A stretch of DNA of 64,000 nt from an uncultured Verrucomicrobiae bacterium (GTDB lineage Bacteria > Verrucomicrobiota > Verrucomicrobiia > Limisphaerales > Palsa-1400). Of the stretch, positions 1 to 9,976 are shown piece by piece. The notes under the pieces were generated by a model. It was not told the DNA's origin. It saw only the letters and a program-made list of their open reading frames with translations, and searched no databases. The stretch's first letter is position 1, and each line of letters starts with the position of its first letter. Position numbers and translations under genes: made by a program. The DNA lies in NCBI GenBank assembly GCA_963707025.1, contig CAVPOM010000005.1, positions 96,001 to 160,000 of the forward strand, given 5' to 3'.

Positions 1-973
1 CCGAGGCCCAAGGCACATGCTCAGCCACCCATTGAAAAATGCGCCGCGCCTTGAGATAGGGATTGGTCTCCGCTCCAACGATGTCCCGCGAAAGGTTCTT
101 GATTTCGTCGGAAAAAACAAGATGCGGCGGCTGCCCGGCCAGGAACGGAAGCAGGGCCGGATCGTTGGTGGAAACCGGCGTGACCCGGGTTGGATCAATG
201 GGCTGGTAAAAGGCGCGGCTCGTGCAGGCAAACACAATTTTGAATTGCGCCGGCTGCCCGCTTAAGGCCGGTTTTTCCAGATAGACTGAGGCGATGGCAT
301 CGTTGGTGCCGGATAGAATGTAACGCGGCGGATCGGTGGAGATGAGCCGGATGTCCGTTTGCCGGTTTCCCGCATGAGGAAATGGCAGCCAGGCGCGAAT
401 GGTTTCGCCGGGCGGAACCGCTCCCGGTTTGACGCTCAACGAGCAGGTGACACGCCAGGACCTTGGCGTGCTGAGTTTCTCCCCCGTCTTGTCATGGTTC
501 GCCAGCACCTTTTCAACGTCTTCCAACCGGTATGGCAGCGGGCGAAAAGTGGCGCCGGGATGCTCCCTCATTCTGAGCGCCCGGGCTTCCGGGTTGATGA
601 GAAACAAATTGTTCGCCGCCCGGTGGAAATACCGGCGCGTCCCGTCAATATCCAAAAACTCCACGGCTCCGCTTTTTTCCCAATCGCCAAACTGTTCGCC
701 ACTGAGGGACGGCGCGATGGCGCGGGCCTCGCGGAAAACCTCCTCGCGCGTCTTGTCAAAGTCCAGGCCGATCCGCTCCATCCGGTCGCTTTGAAAAAGC
801 AAGTCCTCCCGCGCCTGGAAATTCAAGTTGGTCCGGGTCAATTCCTGCATGATCTCCGTCCGCGCCTGCCGCCACTGCCCGGCGCCGACCAGCCTGCTGA
901 TTTCTTCAATCGAGGCGGCCCGGAGGCCCGCCGCCGGCAACACCAGCAAGACAAAGAATAAAAGCGATCTCAT
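1..973 (-). CDS. Secreted transglutaminase-like domain protein (3' part runs off the window)
   Basis: Not in the ORF track; manual translation from the ATG at 973: MRSLLFFVLLVLPAAGLRAA (signal peptide)...VKPGAVPPGETIRAWLPFP...IVGAETNPYLKARRIFQWVAEHVPW, the pattern that precedes bacterial transglutaminase cores. Open to position 1. Confidence 0.7.
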   Translation of the reverse strand, partial: MRSLLFFVLLVLPAAGLRAASIEEISRLVGAGQWRQARTEIMQELTRTNLNFQAREDLLFQSDRMERIGLDFDKTREEVFREARAIAPSLSGEQFGDWEKSGAVEFLDIDGTRRYFHRAANNLFLINPEARALRMREHPGATFRPLPYRLEDVEKVLANHDKTGEKLSTPRSWRVTCSLSVKPGAVPPGETIRAWLPFPHAGNRQTDIRLISTDPPRYILSGTNDAIASVYLEKPALSGQPAQFKIVFACTSRAFYQPIDPTRVTPVSTNDPALLPFLAGQPPHLVFSDEIKNLSRDIVGAETNPYLKARRIFQWVAEHVPWAS

Positions 974-1095
974 GCGCAGCCGGCACGATGAAGGGATTGA
1001 AAGCAAATGTAAATCGGTTTTTGGCGATGAACTGGCGCGTTTTGCCACCCTTTGGCGCTTGCGCTGGACCCGCGCCTGGGTTTAATCGGTCTGGC

Positions 1096-1995
1096 ATGAG
1101 TCCGCCCGCCAACGTGTCCTTGCTGGTGACGATTGCCTTTCTGGCGGGGGCCTGCACCACGATCACGCCAACCATGAATTTCGATTTGCAAAACTACACC
1201 CTGGATTACAACACGCCGGTCAACCCCGTGCTGCAGGCCGCCCTGGAAAAAATGGACGCCGCTCTGCGCGCCCAATACGGCATGAGGCCGGGGCAGACGG
1301 CAACCGGCCTGCTGGATTTGCGGACAATGGCCTTGGCGATGATTGATCCCGACCGCGAGGAATACGCCGCCAGCGTCGCCAAGATCGGCATTCTGCTGGC
1401 CTGGTTTGAATATCATCCGGCGGCCGCCGCCAACCTGGACGCGCCGACACGCCACGAACTGGGTCTGATGATCAAGGCTTCCGACAACGAGATGGCGGCA
1501 AAGTTTTCCCATGAACTGGGCTTGCCGCAAATCCAGCGGGTGCTCGACGCGTATCATTTCTACGACGCCCATCGCGGCGGCGGCCTGTGGGTGGGCAAAC
1601 ATTACGGCCAGGACACCGCACGCATCGGCTCGCCGGCCGGTGACAATTCGCACGCCGCGACGGTGCGTCAGTTGCTGCGCTTTTATCTGTTGCTGGAACA
1701 AGGAAAACTCGTCTCGCCCCCGGCCTCAAAAACCATGCTCGCCATTTTCGCCTCGCCCGACATTCCGCAAGACAACCTCAAATTCGTCAAGGCGCTGGCC
1801 GGGCGCGACGCGCAAATTCTGCGCAAATGGGGTTCGTGGCAGGATTGGCAGCACGACACCGCGATCATCACCGGGGCCGGGCGGCATTATATCCTGGTCG
1901 CGTTGACCCATCACCCCAGGGGCGATGAATACCTGGCCGGTCTGGCCGTGGCGGTGGATGATTTGATGATTCGCCGCGCGGCCGCAGAACCATGA
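1096..1995 (+). CDS. Class A beta-lactamase-like serine hydrolase, probable lipoprotein
   Basis: SxxK (ASVAK), SDN and K[T/W]G (RKWG) motifs; lipobox-like LAGAC. Start uncertain (988/1096). Confidence 0.8.
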   Translation: MSPPANVSLLVTIAFLAGACTTITPTMNFDLQNYTLDYNTPVNPVLQAALEKMDAALRAQYGMRPGQTATGLLDLRTMALAMIDPDREEYAASVAKIGILLAWFEYHPAAAANLDAPTRHELGLMIKASDNEMAAKFSHELGLPQIQRVLDAYHFYDAHRGGGLWVGKHYGQDTARIGSPAGDNSHAATVRQLLRFYLLLEQGKLVSPPASKTMLAIFASPDIPQDNLKFVKALAGRDAQILRKWGSWQDWQHDTAIITGAGRHYILVALTHHPRGDEYLAGLAVAVDDLMIRRAAAEP

Positions 1996-2068
1996 TTCCC
2001 GCCGCGCCGGGGCGCCAGTTCTCTCGCAACGCCCTGACAGGGGTGTTGCCCTTCCGCCAGGCTCATCG

Positions 2069-2803
2069 CTAAGAAAAACTAAACAGTTGGCCAAATGGCG
2101 CGGCCTGGATATTGGCCAGCCCATTTATTCCGAGGTCCTTAAAAGTGGAGGACAGGACGACTTTTCCGCCCGCCAGGCCGGCGGTGTACATTTTGTAGTA
2201 GGCCACCCGGCCTGGCTCATCGGTCTTGTAGAAATTCAGGCAATGGATGGCAGGCGGGTTTTTCCCGTCCCGGGGAATTGCCAGCACGAGCAGATTCAGC
2301 GCTGAATTTGGCCGGGTTCGCTTTTTCAATTCCGGCAGCGCCTTTTCGATTCGGCCAGCCTTCGCCATGACGGCCAGCGCCCATTCGCTGTCAACCACAC
2401 GGCTTGCCGGTGGATGAGGCGGATTGACCGCGCCATTGTGCGCCAAAAGCAGGACTTCCTTGTCCGTCGCGGCCAGGAATGGGTGGGAACAAATCGGGGA
2501 GTTGAGTGTTGGATCAGAGGCCAGCCTGGAATGGAAAATGGCATAAACGTTCCTGCCTTTGACCGGCGGCAACGGAACATCCTCCTGCCAGGCGGGAAGT
2601 GAACTGCGGTAGTGATGCAAACGGCCGCCGTCGTAGAGCACAAACCCCCATCCGTGCGGATGGCATGTGGATGCCGGGCCAAAGGCATCTTTTACGTAAG
2701 GGTCGCATTTTGAGCCGTCGCGGAAGGCCCGGTAAAGGGTCTGGAGGCCTGCGCTCTGCGCCTTCCCGCGCTTGCCGCCAATGAAAGCAATCATCCGGCA
2801 CAT
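2069..2803 (-). CDS. Class II glutamine amidotransferase (Ntn hydrolase, YafJ/EgtC-like)
   Basis: N-terminal MCRM, then HPHGWG, HSRLAS, HPF and AHNG motifs. Confidence 0.85.
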   Translation of the reverse strand: MCRMIAFIGGKRGKAQSAGLQTLYRAFRDGSKCDPYVKDAFGPASTCHPHGWGFVLYDGGRLHHYRSSLPAWQEDVPLPPVKGRNVYAIFHSRLASDPTLNSPICSHPFLAATDKEVLLLAHNGAVNPPHPPASRVVDSEWALAVMAKAGRIEKALPELKKRTRPNSALNLLVLAIPRDGKNPPAIHCLNFYKTDEPGRVAYYKMYTAGLAGGKVVLSSTFKDLGINGLANIQAAPFGQLFSFS

Positions 2804-2910
2804 AGATTTAAAGATGTCTGACCCTGTCTCATATTGTCCCGGACAATACGATTTGCCTGGCGGTTTGTCAAAAGACGCTATTGGCCAGTTGCAATGCTTC
2901 AGTCATGCGT

Positions 2911-3019
2911 GGCAGGGCGAGTCCCGAATTATCGGGACCCGCCGCACGACGGCAGCGCGACGTTGAATCCCCGGCCAAAGCCCGACGGCGGGCCCCGATA
3001 TATCGGGACCCGCCCTACC
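2911..3019. repeat. Inverted pair of GTAG-type REP-like palindromes
   Basis: GGCAGGGCGAGTCCCGAATTATCGGGACCCGCC (2911-2943) and a near-identical inverted copy (2987-3019, reading GGTAGGGCGGGTCCCGATATATCGGGGCCCGCC on the - strand); each is a hairpin. Confidence 0.65.
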
Positions 3020-3100
3020 TTTCCTGATCCAGCAATTTGACTGGCGCATTACGCCGATAAAGACTTTTTCTTTTCCCCGGACCTGTTAGTCTGGGAGCGC

Positions 3101-4786
3101 ATGAAGATGACAACCCAATTTCTCGGCCTGATCCTCTGCCTGGCGGCGGGGACCTGCCTTGCCGTGGACACAAACGCACCCGCTCTCATTCCCGCGCCGC
3201 GGAAGATGTCGCTGGGCGACGGGGTGTTCCCACTCAAGCCCGGGACGATGATCTTTACGGATCACGCGTCCGTAGCGACCGGCCAACAACTGGCGGAGCG
3301 GTTGCGCAGATCCACGGGGTATCCATTCCAGGTCAGCTCCAGGGTTTTTGCGGGCAGCGCCATCCGGAACGCCATCCTGTTGACGACCCAAAAAGCCAGG
3401 GCGGGCCTGGGGCCGGAGGGCTACGAACTGTCGGTCGCGACCAACTCGGTGGTCATCCGCGCGCCGGCCCAGGCCGGTTTGTTCTACGGCGCGCAAACCC
3501 TGGCGCAAATGCTGCCGCCGCAAATCTTTTCCACCAATCTCGTCAGCCGTGAAAACTGGCTCATTCCGTGCGCGCAAATTGAGGATCAACCCCGGTTTGC
3601 CTGGCGCGGCATGATGCTCGATGTCAGCCGGGATTTCTTCACCAAAGAGGAAGTCGAACGACTGCTGGACCTGCTGGCCCTGCACAAGATCAACGTCTTT
3701 CACTGGCATTTGGTGGACAACAACGGGTGGCGGATCGAGATCAAGAAGTATCCCAAACTGACGCAGATCGGGGCCTGGCGGGAGCACAGCCGGGTCACGC
3801 CGCAGCGGCCAAGCGCCTCCAATCCGGAAACGAACACGGCCCATCCGGCTTGGGCCCCTGCCCTGCCCTCTGCTTATGGACCGGATGGCCGTTACGGCGG
3901 CTTTTACACGCAGAAGGAGATTCGCGAAGTCGTCGCTTACGCCAGCGCGCTGCATATCACCATCGTGCCGGAGATCGAATTGCCGGGGCATTCGGCGGCC
4001 GCGCTCGCCGCTTATCCTGAATTGAACTGCACCGGCGTGCTGCGCGGACAGGTGTATTGCGCGGGGCGGGACGCGAGCTTTGATTTTCTGGAGGGCGTGC
4101 TGACCGAGGTTTTCAATCTCTTTCCCGGCAAATACATTCACATCGGGGGCGACGAGGTGAACACCGCCAACTGGGCCAGGTGCGCCGAATGCCGGGCGCG
4201 CATGGAGCAAGAAGGATTGACCAACGTGGATCAATTGCAGAGCTATTTCATCCGGCGCATCGAGAAATTCGTCAACGCCCGCGGGCGCAAGCTGGTGGGC
4301 TGGAGTGAAATCATGAAAGGCGGGCTGGCCCAAAGCGCCACCGTGATGGACTGGATCGGCGGCGGAGTCGAAGCCGCCACCGCCGGGCACGATGTCGTCA
4401 TGTCGCCCAATGCCGACGCCTACCTGGACCACTACCAGTCGCAGAACCATTCCACCGAGCCGTGGGCCATCGGCGGATACCTGCCATTGAGCAAGATTTA
4501 CGCCTTCGAACCCATTCCCGCCAAGCTGGACGCGCAATTCCAGTCACACATCCTGGGCGCGCAGGGCAATCTCTGGACGGAGTACGTCGCCTCCTTCAAG
4601 CATGTTGAATACATGGCCTTTCCGCGCATGTGCGCTCTGGCGGAAGTGGACTGGTCGCCCAGGGAGGCGCGCAATTGGGATGACTTTTCCCGCCGCTTGC
4701 AAACCCATCTCCTGCGCTTGGATGAACTGGGCGTCAATTACCGCCCTGTCTCCGTTGATACCCGGAGATCGGATTCGGCCCGTTAG
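3101..4786 (+). CDS. Beta-N-acetylhexosaminidase, glycoside hydrolase family 20
   Basis: Signal peptide; DQPRFAWRGMMLDVSR, FHWHLVD, PEIELPGH, HIGGDE catalytic motif, GNLWTEY. Confidence 0.95.
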   Translation: MKMTTQFLGLILCLAAGTCLAVDTNAPALIPAPRKMSLGDGVFPLKPGTMIFTDHASVATGQQLAERLRRSTGYPFQVSSRVFAGSAIRNAILLTTQKARAGLGPEGYELSVATNSVVIRAPAQAGLFYGAQTLAQMLPPQIFSTNLVSRENWLIPCAQIEDQPRFAWRGMMLDVSRDFFTKEEVERLLDLLALHKINVFHWHLVDNNGWRIEIKKYPKLTQIGAWREHSRVTPQRPSASNPETNTAHPAWAPALPSAYGPDGRYGGFYTQKEIREVVAYASALHITIVPEIELPGHSAAALAAYPELNCTGVLRGQVYCAGRDASFDFLEGVLTEVFNLFPGKYIHIGGDEVNTANWARCAECRARMEQEGLTNVDQLQSYFIRRIEKFVNARGRKLVGWSEIMKGGLAQSATVMDWIGGGVEAATAGHDVVMSPNADAYLDHYQSQNHSTEPWAIGGYLPLSKIYAFEPIPAKLDAQFQSHILGAQGNLWTEYVASFKHVEYMAFPRMCALAEVDWSPREARNWDDFSRRLQTHLLRLDELGVNYRPVSVDTRRSDSAR

Positions 4787-4798
4787 CAGCCCGTTAAG

Positions 4799-6319
4799 TC
4801 AACCTGGCTGACTGGCGGCGCCATCGTCGCGCCCGGCCTCATGGACGCGAATGTAGCGGCGCAGCGCAAGCAGGCCCGCTGGCGCGACCAGGCTGCACAC
4901 GGCCACGATCAGCCAAAGAGTTTGCGAATGGCGCGGGCCGGTTTCCGGACAGTAGCGCATGAGCGACTGGCCAGAAAATATCCCGATCAGCATTTTGGCC
5001 AGCACCCAGGGCACGTAAGACAGGGCGCCGTAGGAAGCCTCCTGTCCTTTGGGCGCAATCGCCGCCGCATACTCATAGACGCGCGGCGAATAGAAAGCTT
5101 CTCCAATCGAGAGCATGAGGACAAAAAGCGCGATCATCACGTAATACGGATGCACGCCGCCCTTGAGGCCGAGAAAGAGGTGGCCCACGAAATTCCCGGG
5201 CCAACCGTTGGCCATCGGCTCGAACCAGGCCGGCGGCAGCGCCATGATGAAAATGGATGCCGACGAAATAAGGCCGCCCACAATCACCATCGAGTAGGCG
5301 GAGAACTTCTGGGTGAGCGCGCCAATGACCGGCGCCAGCACAATAATCAGGAGGCTGTTCATCCCCCACAGGATTCCGATGGGCGCGCCCGGGCCTAACT
5401 CGCGGATGCCAAAAGTCGGATAAACATAGTCCATCTGCCGGTAAATCAGCTTGATGAACCCGATCAAAACAAGAAAGGCCAGGAGCCGGTAGAATCCGGT
5501 TTGCCGCAACAAGGTGGCAAGGAGGCGGACGGTTTCCCGCGACGCTTCGCGCACCGTCAGACCAATGGATTGCATGAAGCTCCGGTCTGAAGGCCGTGGT
5601 TTCAGGGGAACCAGCTTGAGACCTTCGTCGGTCGCCTCTGCGCCTTCGCGCAATAAAAAGACCAGCGGCAGCACGAGCACCTCCAGTATCAGACTGACCA
5701 TGAAAAGTGCCTGATAGGTCGAGATGTGCAGGCCCGGCGCATCCAGATGGCCGTGCTCTCCCAAGCCCCTGCGCACATGATCGAAGAGCCAGGCTGCGAT
5801 GAGGAATCCGACATTCATCATCGCGTAAATCATGGAGAAGGACATGGACCGTTGCCGGGTGTTGGAATAGCGGCGCGCCGCCGCCACCAGCACCGGCCCG
5901 GTCAGCGCTTCGCCGACCGCCAGCGGCAACAATCCGCCTGCCAGGGCCAGCCATTTGACCGTCGTCAAGACCATGACCAACCGCGAGGCGATGCAGAGGC
6001 CCGTTCCGAGAAAGAGCGTCCGGCGCATCCCCAGCACGTCCGTGAGCGAGCCTACCAACAGCATGGTCACCGTCATCATCATGGACCACGCGGCCACCAA
6101 AGGAAGGGCCTGCGCATCACTGTAACCCAAATCGGAGTGAAGCCAGAGGACGATGGTTGAGTTGGTCAGGGCGTAGCCGGCGATGACGACGAACTTGATC
6201 GCGAAGATGATCCACAATTCGGGAATCGCGTCCTTGAGGACACCAAACTTGGCCATGAAACGGATCAGGGCGGAAGTGTCAGCGGCGCCCGCTTTGCCGC
6301 CTGGAGCGGTGTTTGTCAT
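4799..6319 (-). CDS. MFS transporter (POT/peptide transporter-like)
   Basis: Many hydrophobic helices, motif A-like GSLTDVLGMRR, FSMIYAMMNVG, GEAFYSP. Start uncertain. Confidence 0.85.
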   Translation of the reverse strand: MTNTAPGGKAGAADTSALIRFMAKFGVLKDAIPELWIIFAIKFVVIAGYALTNSTIVLWLHSDLGYSDAQALPLVAAWSMMMTVTMLLVGSLTDVLGMRRTLFLGTGLCIASRLVMVLTTVKWLALAGGLLPLAVGEALTGPVLVAAARRYSNTRQRSMSFSMIYAMMNVGFLIAAWLFDHVRRGLGEHGHLDAPGLHISTYQALFMVSLILEVLVLPLVFLLREGAEATDEGLKLVPLKPRPSDRSFMQSIGLTVREASRETVRLLATLLRQTGFYRLLAFLVLIGFIKLIYRQMDYVYPTFGIRELGPGAPIGILWGMNSLLIIVLAPVIGALTQKFSAYSMVIVGGLISSASIFIMALPPAWFEPMANGWPGNFVGHLFLGLKGGVHPYYVMIALFVLMLSIGEAFYSPRVYEYAAAIAPKGQEASYGALSYVPWVLAKMLIGIFSGQSLMRYCPETGPRHSQTLWLIVAVCSLVAPAGLLALRRYIRVHEAGRDDGAASQPG

Positions 6320-6556
6320 TTGCGCGGCACCATCAAACGACACTTTGGCGCCGTGGTAAAGGAAGAATCCCGCCGCGACATCGGCGCTGGAGCCGCTTTG
6401 GTCACGATGTGACCGGCCTTGCGCCAAGCCCATCCCTCCCGGTGGCGAAAATCAAGGCGCCGCCAAACCAACGGCTGCTTTCCGATGCTTGCTCCCACGG
6501 TGATGCGTCAGTGATGGGTGCAAATGAGTTGGCAGGGTCGGCGGGTTGCGCCGACC

Positions 6557-6582
6557 GGACGCCGCAGCGCGGCGTCCCTACC
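6557..6582. repeat. GTAG-type REP palindrome
   Basis: GGACGCCGC-AGC-GCGGCGTCC hairpin followed by CTAC (GTAG on the - strand). Confidence 0.6.
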
Positions 6583-6599
6583 CGCTCATGACTGACGCA

Positions 6600-8507
6600 T
6601 TATCTCCCGCGCCCTATTGACATGGACAGCCACTTGGTCAGGCTGTCGAGATGTTCCAACGCCTTTTTTTCGTAGGTCTGCTTTTTGATACCGGAACTGA
6701 TGCCGCCGAGTTCCAGAGCGGCGGCGTAAAGGCGGAGGCTTTTGGAGAACACGTCATCCTTGCCCGTGAGCCGGAAAAAAACTTCGTCGCCCTTTTTGTC
6801 ATCCTTGTAATCTGGTTTCTCGAACGGCTGGATGAAATACAGGTAAAACTCCCGGGTGGGCACTGCCGTCGAGCGGTCGTTGGGGGCGCCGAAAAAAAGA
6901 TAACCCAACCGGCCAGCCTTGCGGTCCTGCCATTCGATTTCATGCTGCCAGATTTGAAAGCCAGTGACGTGGGTGGGGGTGTCGGTGCATTCGAGCACCT
7001 GGCGGAGGGCGTCGTAGTAATACCGGTCAAGAGTGCTCTCTTCCAGGGTCTCGGCCCGCTTTTCGACCAGAGCGTCGTAATCGTCCGTTTTCTTGAGATC
7101 GAGGTAATATTGGCGATTGTCCTTGTTCGACGAAATAAACTGGCCACTGACAGTCTTGTGGATTTCTCGGAGCGTGGTTTCGATGATGGAGAGAAGATCG
7201 TCGGCGGGGTCGCCACCCATTTCTGCGGCGCCGGAGTGGTAGAGGCAAAGGCCATCGCGCAGTTCCTCTGGCGTCAGGCCGAGCGGGGAATACACGTCGC
7301 CCACGGTGAGCCGGTGGACCGACAGGCCCTCGATAATGCGGATGGCCATCGGTTTGTAGATTTTCTTCGGGAAGGCACTCTGGACCTTAGCTTCAAGCGT
7401 GGTGCTGCATTCGATGATGGCCTTCACTTCCGGCAGGGCACGATGGGCGGCATTATCTTTGAGCGCCTTCCAATAACTGTCGTAGGCGACAATGCCGGGA
7501 CGGTCTTGCGGAACTTCCTGGCCGACCAATTCCTTGATGGCGAAGGAGATTATTTGCAGGACCCCGCGCTTTTCGACAATTGGAATTCGCTCGAATGTCT
7601 CAACGTAACCGGGATGAATTGGGAACAGCGCGGCAAAATCGTCCATGCGCTCGGTCATGTTGCCGTAGAACTTGGCAAACGGGGTCAGATATTCGCGGAT
7701 CCTGGCGAGTTGGTCCGGTGATTTTTGGAGGAGGCGGTTGGCGACAACAAATTTGACGTCCGTGGTGGCAATCTTCACCTGCTGGAAGCGGTCCTTTACG
7801 CGGCCCAGGCTGTCGGCAACATGCGCAAAACGGCCACTGTCAAAAATGGCCTCCTGCACACCAGCCATGAAGCGGAAGCGGAGGTCTTTGCACACCTCTC
7901 CAATTTCACGGAGAATCCCGAGGTCGAGAATCAGGGCATGATCTTTGCGCGTCCGGAGGTAGTCGAGCAGCTCATCGACCACGAGGAGCAGTCCATGATT
8001 GGGAAATTTTTGGTGGAAGACGTCCATCATGGCCTCCAGCGCCGTCTTATTTTCACGGATTTTGTCGGCGGCCGGAAATTGGAAGTTGATGCCCCATTCG
8101 GCGAGTTTTTCCTCAAGGTGGCCGGTGATTATTTCCCGAAGGGACATCTCCGTGGAACCGATCTCCAAACGGATGACTTTGAATTTTCCTGCGATGGCCG
8201 TGGCGGCAGCGCGGACTTTGTCGTGTTTGAGCAGACCCTTCAGTTCCTCATTTTCAGCGACGCTGGAAATGACGGACATCAAATGGGACTTGCCCGTTCC
8301 GTAATTGCCGACGATGAGCAAGCCCCGATTATCCTGCGGCTTTGCATACTGCAACTGTGGGAAAACCAAGTCGCAAAGCCTTTGGGCCATGTCGTCGGAA
8401 ATGACGTATGTGGAGACAAATTCCCGGGCCTTGGCGGTTTTACTCGCCTGACGCAACTCGATGACAGATTCGATGGGCTGGAACTGGATGAGTTCGTTGT
8501 ATTTCAT
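6600..8507 (-). pseudogene. brxC: BREX type 3 ATPase BrxC/PglY (DUF6079-like), C-terminally truncated
   Basis: Typical start [18 protein letters not shown], Walker A GNYGTGKS, Walker B LLVVDE; sits directly after brxF; stops abruptly at 635 aa with a non-homologous-looking tail. Confidence 0.75.
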
Positions 8508-8508
8508 T

Positions 8509-9006
8509 TCATGTGGTCAGGTGAAGCTGGAGTTTTTCGTCGGAAACGGTGACGATGGGGAAACCCACCGCCATCTGGCTGAAGAAATCAGGGTGGCCAG
8601 CGTAGCCGAACCTCAATTCGCCGGCGTCGAGCGGGCCGTCCCAAGATGCGATTATGAGGCGATTGCGGGAGATGTCCTGTAGAAAAACAAGCGGGTTCAG
8701 GTGCAGCGTGGAGTCAAAGAGGATTTCCGTGTTGTCGAGGCACAGGCCAATCTGGATGTGCTCATCAACCAGTTCGATGGCCACCTCTCCGGCCTGAAGC
8801 GGGCGTTGGCGCCGCGTCACCCCGAGCAGGCGCTCGCTCAACAGGAGGCTGAGATTAAGGATGGGCAGATTCAACTCGCCAGCCACCAGTTTCAAAAGTC
8901 TCGTTTTGCCGGAACCGGAGGGACCTGCGATGACGGTCAGTTTGTAATAGGCACCCTGGCAGGCCCGGACGGTTTCGATAAGCTGAGGAAACGGGATATC
9001 GGTCAT
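8509..9006 (-). CDS. brxF: BREX type 3 P-loop protein BrxF
   Basis: GPSGSGKT P-loop, [25 protein letters not shown] motifs; adjacent to brxC. Confidence 0.8.
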   Translation of the reverse strand: MTDIPFPQLIETVRACQGAYYKLTVIAGPSGSGKTRLLKLVAGELNLPILNLSLLLSERLLGVTRRQRPLQAGEVAIELVDEHIQIGLCLDNTEILFDSTLHLNPLVFLQDISRNRLIIASWDGPLDAGELRFGYAGHPDFFSQMAVGFPIVTVSDEKLQLHLTT

Positions 9007-9766
9007 GGAGCAGCCCCCCTCTGCCTGTGCATTTGCGAAAATGCCAGGGCGCAATTCAAGCCCTGCAAGGAAACCTGCCGGCTCAAAGAATCAAAAGTCA
9101 GGTCCGCCGCCATACGTGTAGCGGGAATGATGTCACCTTCCGTTCTTTTTTACAGCAAAAAACAGATCGAAATATTCCCGCGCAACCCCTTGCTGTCGTG
9201 CAGTTTATTCTCTATCGGTCTGGAAGCCTTGCTCGTCCACCTGTGCCACGGAACTTTGCATTCCGCCTGTAATTCACACGGGGGGGCATGCTCCCCGCGT
9301 CCTTCAGTGCGGCGTGCAAGTTGGCGAAGCTCAACCGCGCCTAAGTGCCGGCCCGCGCACTGGCGCAATGCCGCCGGGGATGCTGAGGAAGGCCCAGTTC
9401 GATGAATTGAGGTTCGTCATGGCGGAACAAATGAACGGGTTGCAGGGGTTGGGGCAAAAGGGCTGGTTCGATCGGCGACATCCTTAAACCAATTCTCGAA
9501 AAGACCAGCACATCGTCAAAAACAACGGGCACGGATCAGCGGCGTCAGAGTCGCTTGTCTGGGACCTGTGCATCCATCTGCAAGATAAAGGAGCCGGTCG
9601 CCGTTGTTACAGGACATACAGCAGGAACAGACCAATTTCGCCGTCCCATACGCATGGATCCCACCGAGCCACACAACGCCATTTTTTTATAAAACGCCGT
9701 CGGCACGCTTGCAATGAGTTGTTTTTTTGAAAATGGGAACAAAAAAGCGAAAAAACAACCTTTTCC

Positions 9767-9793
9767 TTGACTTTTTTCCTTGGCGCATATAAT
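9767..9793 (+). promoter_or_regulatory. Putative sigma70 promoter for the excisionase (probably leaderless)
   Basis: TTGACT-15 nt-TATAAT; GTG start 7 nt after the -10 box. The spacing is short. Confidence 0.35.
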
Positions 9794-9799
9794 CTCAAA

Positions 9800-9976
9800 G
9801 TGACTGATGGCGATAAATTGCTGACCATCGAAGAGCTGGCCGACCGGCTTCAGTATTCAGTTGAATGGATACGGGAGAAGGTTAAAGCTGGCATTATTCC
9901 TGCCATCAGATTTAATTCGAGGGCTTGGCGGTTCCACTGGCCGACTGTAGTTGCCGCACTTTCGAAGCTGCAGTAA
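9800..9976 (+). CDS. Excisionase-like HTH protein
   Basis: LLTIEELADRLQYSVEWIREKVKAGIIPAIRFNSRAWRF; convergent with and overlapping the integrase 3' end. Confidence 0.8.
   Translation: MTDGDKLLTIEELADRLQYSVEWIREKVKAGIIPAIRFNSRAWRFHWPTVVAALSKLQ

Noticed and set aside
1096..1995. Bona fide antibiotic-resistance beta-lactamase
   Set aside because: Only the generic SxxK/SDN/KxG motifs are visible; no recognisable omega-loop ExxLN.
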